Assembly: GCA_964016885.1 (NCBI GenBank) | Contig: OZ024764.1 | Span: 27,280,001-27,344,000 of the forward strand | Length of the DNA: 64,000 nt | DNA from: Eledone cirrhosa | Lineage: Eukaryota | Direction of reading: 5' to 3' | Shown here: positions 24,428 through 35,933 of the stretch, piece by piece | Layout: every line of letters begins with the position of its first letter | Position numbering within the stretch: the stretch's first letter is position 1 | Position numbers and translations under genes: made by a program | Notes under the pieces: model-generated | Database searches by the model: none | Told to the model about the DNA's origin: nothing | Seen by the model: the letters and a program-made list of their open reading frames with translations, nothing else

Positions 24428-24600
24428 ACATTTTCCAGCCTGAGGCGTTTGGGGGAGTCGGGATACTGACTGCGAGATTCCTATCTTCACTGGCGGCAAG
24501 CCTGACGAAGGTGACTGGTGAAGCTCGTGAGGGCACTTGGTTGTTCCAGCTCCTCAGCCTCGCCATCGCCCGAGGTAACGCTGCAGACGTGCTGGCTTGC
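24428..24600 (+). pseudogene. C-terminal fragment of another CRE-like retrotransposon; copy at ~38916-39090
   Basis: Translation YIFQPEAFGGVGILTARFLSSLAASLTKVTGEAREGTWLFQLLSLAIARGNAADVLA resembles the TG..RE..FLFQRLSLAI.RGNAA C-terminus. Confidence 0.7.
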
Positions 24601-24699
24601 CTAAAAAATCATTAGAGAGGTTTCCCAGTGCTCCTCGCGATACTGTTATCTTTTACTCTAGTAGCAGCTCGTTTGTCCACCCCTTTCGCCTGCCTTTGG

Positions 24700-24890
24700 T
24701 TGTATGTCGTCCTAGATGTGTGTATTACCTGCTTGTGTGTTGTATGTGGTCCTAGATGTGTGTATTACCTGCTTATGTGGTCCTAGATGTATGTATTACC
24801 TGCTGGTGTGTTGTATGTGGTCCCAGATGTGTGCATTACCTGTTTTTGTGTTGTATGTGGTCCCAAATGTGTGTGCTACCCGCTTCTGTG
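24700..24890 (+). repeat. 40-bp minisatellite (~5 units); copy at ~39190-39380
   Basis: Unit TTGTATGTGGTCCTAGATGTGTGTATTACCTGCTTGTGTG. Confidence 0.9.
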
Positions 24891-26786
24891 ATTTGTTTTG
24901 TTCCTTCTTTCTCTCTTCCGAGAAACAATCCTGTATTTTTTTAATCTATTCCATGCGTTAAGTAATTAGCAGCAACAACAAACTGATTTTCAGTTGTAAA
25001 AAGAATCTTTAAACCTTCACCATTTACATTAACACATACCATACGTTGTCCCAGCCACAAATAAACAGTAAAAAAAACTTACTTTGCGGTTAAATTCTTC
25101 ACAATTAAAAGAAAAATATTTCTAACACGTTTCTAGACAACACCAAGTTTACACCTTCAATATCCGGTAAAAGTAAAAACAAATTCTGGAGACATTTAAC
25201 GAAACGAAACTATGTAAAGAAAAACGAAAATTAAACGAAGACAAGTAGTAAATTTTAATTTTTATTAAATAAAATACCAGTAATTCACTGCAGTAGATTT
25301 AATCAACTTTACTCTCTCTGCACGAAAGAAGAAAAAAATTCCTGACTTAGTGCTTAATATATAGAGAGGGGGAGAGTTTGGTGTTACTTCATATAGAGAG
25401 GGGTATTGGAAGAGAGTGCCGTGTAGTAAATATAGAGAGGGAGAGAGTTAGTGCTAATTGATATAAAGAGGGGGATTTGCACCCCCCCCCCCCGGCTAGA
25501 AAAATTCTGAAATGCTTCGACCTCCCTGTACATATATATATAGTATACACACACAGACATATATATATGTATATATTATATATATAGTAAATAAATGTGT
25601 GTGTGTATCAGTGGTCCCCAAACTTTTCTGTTCCACACCCCTCCTCTAAAATATGTTTATGTTCCCCTTTAATATAAAAACAATCCGAGTATTCTGAAAG
25701 TATTATTACTGTAAAATAAAGTAGAAACCCTTTATTTAAACAAAGCTACGATGCAGCGATGATCAAAACAAACTTCTCGTAGGTGCAGCCAAGCGGGGAA
25801 AAGTGGATGTATAATGATGATGATATATATATATATGTCCCACCCTTGCAAACAGGGAAAAGCAGACGTAAAATGAAAATGATGATATATATATAGATAG
25901 ATAGATATGTATATATATTTATACTTATACGTCATGGTGGCTACAGGTGCCAAGAGGAAGAAGCCGGTCAAATCCTCTGATATTTGTTTATCTTCCTTTC
26001 CTTTGTATATATATATATAGTATGTGTGTATGAAGATGTATGACCCCCTAGCAAGCCAAACTACAGTTACTCCCCAACATGGAGAGCAAATTAAAACATT
26101 ACCTGTTAGAGACGAACGTGAAATGAATTGTTAGTGAACTACCGGTGTAACAGTAATTATGTTACCGGTGTAACTATTTCTGTTTACCTTATTTTTAAAT
26201 GACACTCCTATATTAGTTTAGTGACCTTTCAATTCAAATAAATTCTTGATGATGATTGAACTCGCATCGGAGTAGCCCAACGCCTTGGCCTCCGCGTGTG
26301 TGAGCCACATAAATGCTCTCAGCGACATAGTGAGAAGAAGCCTGGACGCAGCTGAATTTCCATCTCAACTGGAGCCAGCAGGCCTAGGCCGCGGAGATGG
26401 CAAGCACCGCGAGGGAATCACCCTCTTCCCATTCGAAGGAGGTAGATCCACAAACCCCAGCATCGCTGCCCGTCTCGCAGATGAACATAAAATAAACAAA
26501 TTCCGGTGTTTGTCCTGGAGCCTCTTCTAAGCACCAGCCGCCGTCGAGACCCCGGGCCAACTTGGACCCATTACAGCCGAGCTCCTCCGCAACATCGCAG
26601 TGTCTGTGGCCCGTCTGAGGATGGAGTCCCACGAGGTTGGATGCCTGTTGCAGCAGGTGTCACTGTCCTTACATATATATACGTAAATGTTCCCTTGACT
26701 GCTATTTCTAGCATATATTAATAGACACTTTAGAAACAGCAACTAAAAATCAAGAAACAACAGTGTGTGTCTGTATATATATACAC

Positions 26787-26841
<55 letters not shown>

Positions 26842-26922
26842 AGCCAAAGACACGCACACACGAACATACACATACACACAGGTGTATGTCTGCGTGTATG
26901 TATATATATATGTGTGTGTCTT

Positions 26923-27002
<80 letters not shown>

Positions 27003-27138
27003 GTCAGTGATCCCCCTCGCAACCTTTAATTAAACAAACCTGCGATGAGGCGATGATCAAAATAAACACCAAAGTATAAACAAACAGCCCATAGGTGCTG
27101 CCGGATACACGATAACATGTGTAGACGAAGTAAAACTT

Positions 27139-27619
27139 TTATTACTGTAATATAAAGTAGAAACCCTATATTTAAACAAAGCTGCGATGCAGCGATGATC
27201 AAAACAAACTTCAAATAACATGTGTATACGAAGTGTATCTGGAAGCTTGGTCGTATTATATGACTTTCAAATTGACCCCTATTATATTCAAATTATCCCC
27301 TGTGGGGCGTGCACCCCACGTTGAGAATCCCTCATAAATAAAAATATGTGAGTGTGTTGCTATGACTGCTATTTCTAGCAGGTTTACTGCAGTCCTGTAG
27401 ACGCACAATAAAAACCGGAAGTGGCAGCCATTAAAAAACTTTGGCTTAAAATCAGCCAAAAGATTTTCAATAATAGTAAAATTTTATTTTTGACAAGGAC
27501 GATAACTTTTGTCTTACTTAATCGCAAAAATCGAGGCAAAAATTTTGCGGGTGTGCAGTTTACACGCTAAAATAAACCTGCTAGAAATAGCAGTTATAGC
27601 AACTCACATATATTTATAT

Positions 27620-27667
<48 letters not shown>

Positions 27668-28080
27668 CCAAACACACACCCTTATATATGTACGTGTGTG
27701 TGTGTTGACCGCTATATATATATATAGCAGCCAAACACATACACAGACACACACATATATATATATATACATGTGTGTGTATATGTGTGTGTCCTCCTCT
27801 CGTCTATGGCTGTTATTTTTACATTGTCCTTTTTGTTATTTTTCTCGGGATTTGCCCGGATTCGAACATGCGACCACCTATTTACAATATAGAATCTTTA
27901 CAGCTTTACTGACTTTTAAGTAATCCAAGTTGTAACCCCGGATTTAGTAGTGTTTAATTTATTTTGAAGTATTTTATTATTGGCCTTAGTTAGACGATCG
28001 TCCAAGACCATGCTGGGGCATATATATATATATGTATATATATGTGTGTGTGTGTGTGTATGCTGGGGCATATATATATA

Positions 28081-28136
<56 letters not shown>

Positions 28137-28781
28137 CTAGGGCATATATATATATGTGTGTGTGTGTATATATATATATATGTGTGTGTGTCCTTTCTGT
28201 TATTCGCTGCTATTTCTAAAGTGTCAATATATATATCATATATATATATATATGATATATAAATATATGTAAGTGAGTTGCTATGACTGCTATTTCTAGC
28301 AGGTTTATTTTTAGCGTGTAAACTGCACACCCTCAAAATTTTTGCCTCGATTTTTGCGATTAAGTAAGACAAAAGTTATCGTCCTTGTCAAAAATAAAAT
28401 TTTACTATTATTGAAAATCTTTTGGCTGATTTTAAGCCAAAGTTTTTTAATGGCTGCCACTTCCGGTTTTTGTTGTGCGTCTACAGGACTGCAGTAAACC
28501 TGCTAGAAATAGCAGTCATAGCAACACACTCACATATATTTATTTATGAGGGATTCTCAACGTGGGGTGCACGCCCCACAGCGGATAATTTGAATATAAT
28601 AGGGGTCAATTTGAAAGTCATATAATACGACCCAACTCCCTGTTACACTTCGTATACACATGTTATCGTGTATCTGGCAGCACCTGCGAGAAGTTTGTTT
28701 ACATTTTGGGGTTTGCTTTGATGATCGCTGCATCGCAGCTTTGTTTAAATAAAGGGTTTCTACTTTATATTACAGTAATAA
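27139..28781. repeat. Long inverted repeat (foldback/MITE-like), ~500-bp arms around a microsatellite-rich spacer
   Basis: 27139-~27650 is largely the reverse complement of ~28235-28781 (e.g. GGGGCGTGCACCCCACGTTGAGAATCCC / GGGATTCTCAACGTGGGGTGCACGCCCC); nested IR GCTATGACTGCTATTTCTAGCAGGTTTA / TAAACCTGCTAGAAATAGCAG. Confidence 0.9.
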
Positions 28782-29451
28782 CACTTTTACAAGACTCGGA
28801 TTGTTTTTATATTAAAGGGGACATGTTTTTTAAACTCTGAACTCAGCATCTTTCTGTTGTTCTCCGGGATTCTAGCAAAGTATAAAAATATATATATATA
28901 TATAGCTGGCAGTCAACCTCAGACTCAAAAAAGCCGCCGCTAATCGTGATCGTTGGGGTTATAATTAGACTAAAAGTGCTTCCACTGGGCACCATTAGCT
29001 GATTGTGATCATTGGAGAATTCTTTCTGCGCTGAAAGAGCCTAGGACTAAAAGATATATATATAGATGTCGAAACGGCAGTAGCACAGCCGTTGGGGTCC
29101 TGAATATTTTCACATCTATATATGTGTGTGTATTCTGCGACATTTATAATTACATAAGCAAGCATATTTGAATAACAAAATTTGAGGTTTAAATACTTTA
29201 TTTTTTACCAATAACATAGAGAAAGGCATGAACAACACCACATGTTAATTACTTTAATATTGAAAGTAGGGTTATAAAGATTAAAAAAGCAGATTTTTTA
29301 ATCTTTCATGGTGGTCTGGTGGGTGATACCAGAGATGGTGGTAGTCCTGGTTTCGGTTTCAATCCCGGTCATGGGTTACATATAAGGTCTCATTTTTTTT
29401 TTTCTTTCTTTCAGTTTTCTTCTTATCTCTAGATATAAATATATATACATA

Positions 29452-29560
29452 AGGTAATTTGGTAGAATTGTTAGAACATCAGATAGAATTCTTTGCAGTA
29501 TTTTTCCAGTTCTTTACTCTGAGTTCAACTTTACCTTTCTTCCATTCGGTGTCGATAAGT
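29452..29560 (+). mobile_element. Degenerate plus-strand copy of the octopus-type SINE (present in each 2.7-kb unit)
   Basis: GGTAGAATTGTTAGAACATCAG...CTGAGTTCAACTTTACCTTTC..CCATTCGGTGTCGATAA resembles the reverse complement of the SINE at 12146-12314. Confidence 0.6.
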
Positions 29561-30980
29561 CTTGAATATGTCTAACGTAGCAATAATTGGAGCTACTTAA
29601 CCAAGTTTTCCCAACCTAGTCGATGTCACCTACTGGTTGGCGATTTAAACTGTTGGCTGGGACAATGACCAACTAATCAGTCAGATTCCAACTCACTATG
29701 TCTGGCATATATTTTATATTTTATATTTGAATGACGTTCTGTAAGTAACCTGGTGGCTTAGATGGCAATACTGCTCGAATAGATGGCTTCTATTATGAAG
29801 TTATAAGTTCATTCCCTATCCAGGATTGTAGAATTAATTTTATTTAGTTATTATTTAATCAATTGTTTTAACAAACAAATTATATCTATAAAACGCCAAA
29901 TATAGTGAGTTCAAATCTGACTGACATGCATGGTATATATTTATGTTTCATTATAAAACGACACAATACACAGGAACTTATAAAGATATGTATATATTGT
30001 CCAGGAGTTTCGAGTTTAGTGGGAATTGGTACAACTCTCAATTGGAGTGAGTTCCTGCAAGATCAGCATAAATAATGTTATACCTTTTCATGAAATCTTG
30101 CACACCCGATGTTTTATACATGATTATTTAAAGGTGAACAAAAACCAAAGAACATTGTGCAGCATTTCTCAACCTTTCTACCCATGTCGATCTCTTGAAA
30201 TAGTTTTTATGTCTCAGGGATGCCCTGCATAAAATATACTTTTTCTATCTCTAGAGCAGTGGTTCCCAAATCGTGTGCTGCGAGATGAAACAAGATGAGC
30301 TGCAAAAGACTAAGATTAAGTTTTAAGATGTGAAAAATATAAAACTGAAATTTCATATAAAAGTTCAAATATAGCTACAGCCACAAACCTAGGCTCCACA
30401 CCCCGCAATGCAAAGGATAGTAAGATAGTACCAAGGCCTGACTCACCTCTTCCACTCCATTGAGACCTCTGCCATACTTGGTCCCTGTACTGCAGATTTC
30501 CTCCATAAAGTCGGGAGGAAAGACGACAGGAGCCTCATGAGGAGGGGCGACTATTGTAGCAGGTGTCTCTGGCCTTGCTCCGAGGTAACGCTTTTACGTT
30601 TCTTCCACAGGTTGCGGCTGAGGGACCACTTAGACTGGGGTGAAGTGTCTGTCCCTCCCCCGACTTCTTACTTCTTTTTTTTTCTCATTTTCATTTTCTT
30701 TTCTCTTCTTGCTTATCTCTGCTATACCACGGCATCAAAAACATATATGATATGTGTATGTATGGTATAGGTGTATTTATATTTAGGATAGTTATCAAAG
30801 GTAAATAGACTGGTTGAAGCAATAACAGTCTTGTTTATGTATATACACACATATATATATATATATATATATATCTGTTTGTTCTTGTATTTCCATAGAA
30901 AAGGTAAAGAAAAGAAGAATGCTCTATGTATTGTACAGAGCTATTTAATTACATAATAAACAACAGAATATAATTATTCC

Positions 30981-31233
30981 ATGCAAATAGACTTAGACTG
31001 GAAAACATTCAGACAGAGAAGAATGGATAATGAGCGTCGTAAGAGAAATTGGCCAACAATTAATATTAATGGAAATGTAGAAGGATTTCATATTAGTGAT
31101 ATGAATGTTTCATGTGATCACTGTGGAGCTTTGAAATTTAGAAATGAAAATTGTAACTGTTGTAATAAAGGAAAGGTTGTGTTGCCACCATTGCAAATAT
31201 ACCCTGAGAGACTGAGAAATCTCTTTGAAAGAG
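30981..31233 (+). pseudogene. Helitron 5' fragment ending in a snap-back hairpin; copies at ~45084-45335 and ~47775-48026
   Basis: Same CDHCGALKF...CCNKGKV.LPPL segment; departs from the continuous copies right after CTCTTTGAAAGAG. Confidence 0.9.
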
Positions 31234-31251
31234 ATTTCTCAGTCTCTCAGG

Positions 31252-31962
31252 GTATATATTCCCGCCGTTGAAATAAAAATTTTAATAGAAAAACGGCGGG
31301 AATATGTTACAACCCAATCTATATATATTTAGGTTGTAACATATATTCCCGCCGTTGAAATAAAAATTTTAATAGAAAAACGGCGGGAATATATGTTACA
31401 GCCCAATCTATATATATTTGGGTTTTAACATATATTCCCGCCGTTGAAATAAACATTTTAATAGAAAAACGGCGGGAATATATGTTACAACCCAATCTAC
31501 ATATATTTGGGTTGTAACATATATTCCCGCCGTTGAAATAAAAATTTTAATAGAAAAACGGCGGGAATATATGTTACAACCCAATCTACATATATTTGGG
31601 TTGTAACATATATTCCCGCCGTTGAAATAAAAATTTTAACATAAAAACGGCGGGAATATATATTACAACCCAAACATATATAGGTTGGGTTGTAACATAT
31701 ATTCCCGCCGTTTTTCTATTAAAATTTTTATTTCAACGGCGGGAATATATGTTACAACCCCAAAATATGTAGCTTGGATTGTAACATATATTCCCGCCGT
31801 TTTTCTATTAAAATTTTTATTTCAACGGCGGGCATATATGTTACAACTCAAATATATATAGATTGGGTTGTAACATATATTCCCGCCGTTTTTCTATTAA
31901 AATTTTTATTTCACCGGCAGGAATATGTTACAACCCAAATATATATATATTGAGTTGTAACA
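31252..31962. repeat. 89-bp double-hairpin tandem array, palindromic overall (5 forward + 3 reverse units)
   Basis: Unit = TTGGGTTGTAACATATATTCCCGCCGTT + 22-nt loop + its reverse complement + 11-nt loop; starts at 31341, 31430, 31519 give a period of 89. Confidence 0.95.
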
Positions 31963-33422
31963 TGGGTTACATATAAGGTCTCATTTTTTTTCTTTTCTTT
32001 CTTTCAGTTTTCTTCTTATCTCTAGATATAAATATATATACATAAGGTAACTTGGTAGAATTGTTAGAACATCAGATAGAATTCTTTGCAGTATTTTTCC
32101 AGTTCTTTACTCTGAGTTCAACTTTACCTTTCTTCCATTCAGTGTCGATAAGTCTTGAATATGTCTAACGTAGCAATAACTGGAGCTACTTAACCAAGTT
32201 TTCCCAACCTAGTCGATGTCACCTACTGTTTGGCGATTTAAACTGTTGGCTGCGACAATGACCAACTAATCAGTCAGATTCGAACTCACTATGTCTGGCA
32301 TATATTTTATATTTTATATTTGAATGAAGTTCTGTAAGTAACCTGGTGGCTTAGATGGCAATACTGCTCGAATAGATGGCTTCTAGTTCATTCCCTATCC
32401 AGGATTGTAGAATTAATTTTATTTAGTTATTATTTAATCAATTGTTTTAACAAACAAATTATATCTATAAAACGCCAAATATAGTGAGTTCAAATCTGAC
32501 TGACATGCATGGTATATATTTATGTTTCATTATACAGCGACACAATACACAGGAACTTATAAAGATATGTATATATTGTCCAGGAGTTTCGAGTTTAGTG
32601 GGAATTGGTACAACTCTCAGTTGGAGCTAGTTCCTGCAAGATCAGCATAAATAATGTTATACCTTTTCATGAAATCTTGCACACCCGATATTTTATACAT
32701 GATTATTTAAAGGTGAACAAAAACCAAAGAACATTGTGCAGCATTCTCAACCTTTCTACCCATGTCGATCTCTTGAAATAGTTTTTATGTCTCAGGGAAG
32801 CCCTGCATAAAATATACTTTTTCTATCTCTAGAGCAGTGGTTCCCAAATCGTGTGCTGAGAGATGAAACAAGATGAGCTGCAAAAGACTAAGATTAAGTT
32901 TTATGATGTGAAAAATATAAAACTGAAATTTCATATAAAAGTTCAAATATAGCTACAGCCACAAACCTAGGCTCCACACCCCGCAATGCAGAGGATAGTA
33001 AGATAGTACCAAGGCCTGACTCACCTCTTCCACTCCATTGAGACCTCTGCCATACTTGGTCCCTGTACTGCTGATTTCCTCCATAAAGTCGGGAGGAAAG
33101 ACGACAGGAGCTTCATGAGGAGGGGCGACTATTGTAGCAGGTGTCTCTGGCCTTGCTCTGAGGTAACGCTTTTACGTTTCTTCCACAGGTTGCGGCTGAG
33201 GGACCACTTAGACTGGGGTGAAGTGTCTGTCCCTCCCCCGACTTCTTACTTCTTTTTTTTTCTCATTTTCATTTTCTTTTCTCTTCTTGCTTATCTCTGC
33301 TATACCACGGCATCAAAAACATATATGATATATGTATGTATGGTATAGGTGTATTTATATTTAGGATAGTTATCAAAGGTAAATAGACTGGTTGGAGCAA
33401 TAACAGTCTTGTTTATGTATGT

Positions 33423-33475
<53 letters not shown>

Positions 33476-33576
33476 TGTTCTTGTATTTCCATAGAAAAGG
33501 TAAAGAAAAGAAGAATGCTCTATGTATTGTACAGAGCTATTTAATTACATAATAAACAACAGAATATAATTATTCC

Positions 33577-34336
33577 ATGCAAATAGACTTAGAATGGAAA
33601 ACATTCAGACAGAGAAGAATGGATAATGAGCGTCGTAAGAGAAATTGGCCAACAATTAATATTAATGGAAATGTAGAAGAATTTCATATTAGTGATATGA
33701 ATGTTTCGTGTGATCACTGTGGAGCTTTGAAATTTAGAAATGAAAATTGTAACTGTTGTAATAAAGGAAAGGTTGTGTTGCCACCATTGCAAATATACCC
33801 TGAGAGACTGAGAAATCTCTTTGAAAGAGGCCAGGAAGCAGTTGATTTCACAGAAACATCTGCAATTAAAACTACATTTATTTCACTTCATTTGGTGTTA
33901 CCACCCGGCAGAGGCCCGTATAGATTTCATATTCAGGGTCAAACATATCAATACACACCCATCTCTGTAACCTGCAGAAAATACACCACAATATGGCCAG
34001 TTATATATTATTGATGGGAACGAAGGTGTGTAGCACAGATTGGAAGTACAACCAAATAATTGTTTCTGGCACAAGGCCAGCAATTACTGGTACTTTATTC
34101 TATCGACCTCATAAGGATGAAAACAAAGTCAACCTTAGAGGGATTTGAACCCAGAACGTAAAGGGCCATAACCCTATGCTGCAAAGCATGGTGTCTGACG
34201 CTCTACCGATACTGCCAATCCACTGCCCTAGTCCCAACAAATAATGACTGCTCACCACAAAAAATGGCTATGATAAGAGAGGTGTTGCATGAATATAATC
34301 CATATGTCGAAGTGTACAATACAATGCATGGCATCA
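33577..34336 (+). pseudogene. Helitron RepHel 5' part (copy interrupted by an insertion)
   Basis: Matches 20966-21724 up to GCATGGCATCA, then unrelated sequence follows. Confidence 0.9.
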
Positions 34337-34870
34337 CAAATGAATATATATATATATACTACTAAAGTGTATGTAAAATTTTAAAATAAATACTTAAATT
34401 CAATTTGTATAATTACACATACAATATGTTTTGTTGTAAAACCCTAAATAATGATTTAAGAAATGATGTCAATCTCTTTGTACAGAGAAAAACAATTTAT
34501 ATATATGCATCGTGTGCGCGTGTATACTCCATTTAAGACAGCGAAAAACCTAGTACCTCCTTCAAAGAATGCCAAATAGTTTATGCCTAAGGTGTAACAC
34601 TAATTAAGTTACTGGTATAGATATTTCAGTTGAACCCTGCTTCAAACATGCATATTATTATTATATATTTTCAAACACACTTACATACATTATATTTATA
34701 CACATAGAAATGTTAAAACTAAAGTATAATGATATAACAACAGTATATAATAGTTTTCTTCACTTTATTGAGATGCAATCGTTTTAAAGAAAAAACATGA
34801 CAGTATAAGAAATATTTAATATGATAACATAATATTTCAGGTAGGATGGTGGTTTCTCTTTGAACTAATA

Positions 34871-35037
34871 ATTGTTTCTACTTTAGGCACAAGGCCAGCA
34901 ATTAACCAGTACATTACTGGTACTTTATTTTATCGACCCCGTAAGGATGAAAGGCAAAGTTAACCTCGGATCGTAAAGGGACGTAACTATGCTGGAAAGC
35001 ATGGCGTCAGACCCTCTACCGATACTGCCAATTCACC
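34871..35037 (-). mobile_element. Octopus-type SINE inside the insertion; copy at ~51749-51914
   Basis: GGCACAAGGCCAGCAATT...CTGGTACTTTATTTTATCGACCCCGTAAGGATGAAAGGCAAAGTT.ACCTCGG. Confidence 0.8.
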
Positions 35038-35239
35038 ATACAGTATAATTATACAAATATGCATATAGATAGCAATATATATACACTAATATGTATGTAC
35101 ATATTTATACATATATACATATATATAGGGAGAGAGAGAGACACATGTATGTATATATATATACACATGCGTGTATGTATGTGTTTATGTACATTCTTCG
35201 GTATATATATATGAGTCACGGTTTATTACACATTGGAGA

Positions 35240-35896
35240 CACAGAGAGAAAGAGTTGAAACGAGAGGTGAGAGAGTTGAAACAAGAGAGGAGAGAGTTGA
35301 AACGAGAAAAGAGAGAGAGAGTTGAAACGAGAGGAGAGAGAGAGAGAGTTGTAACGAGAGGAGAGAGAGAGAGAGAGTTGAAACGAGAGGAGAGAGAGTT
35401 GAAACGAGGAGAGAGTTGAAACAAGAGGGTGAGGGGAGAGAGGGGAGAGAGTGATGAAACGAGTCGGAGATAGAGTGTGAAAGAGAGAGAGAGAGGAAGA
35501 GAGAGAGAGAGAGGAAGAGAGAGAGAGAGGAAGAGAGAGAGAGAAAGAGAGAGAGAGGGGAAGAGAGAGAGAGGAAGAGAGAGAGAGGAAGAGGGAGAGG
35601 GGGGATGAAACAAGAGGGTGAGGGATGAAACAAGAGAGAGAGGGGAGAGAAAGAGAGAGGGGAGAGAAAGAGAGAGGGGAGAGAAAGAGAGAGAGAGAGA
35701 GAGAACGAATTGAAACAAGAGAGAGATGAAACAAGTGAGGGATTAGAGTGTTGAAACAAGAGAGAGAGGAAGAGAGAGAGAGAGCAAGATGGAACGAGAG
35801 AGAGAGAGCGAGATGAAATGAGAGCGAGATGAAACGAGAGAGAGAGAGAGTGAGATGAAATGAGAGAGAGAGAGAGCGAGAGAGAGAGCGAGATGA

Positions 35897-35933
<37 letters not shown>

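Larger units (their letters stand above)
29370..31960 (+). repeat. ~2.6-2.7-kb tandem duplication unit (SINE remnant, hAT end, CRE fragment, Helitron 5' piece, 89-bp array); further units start at 31961, 43444, 46154, 48845
   Basis: Each unit begins CATGGGTTACATATAAGGTCTC; spacings are 2591, 2710 and 2691 bp. Confidence 0.93.

Noticed and set aside
23892-31962. Shared TAACA motif among the 46-, 55- and 89-bp repeat units
   Set aside because: A 5-nt AT-rich match is expected by chance; no longer homology is visible.
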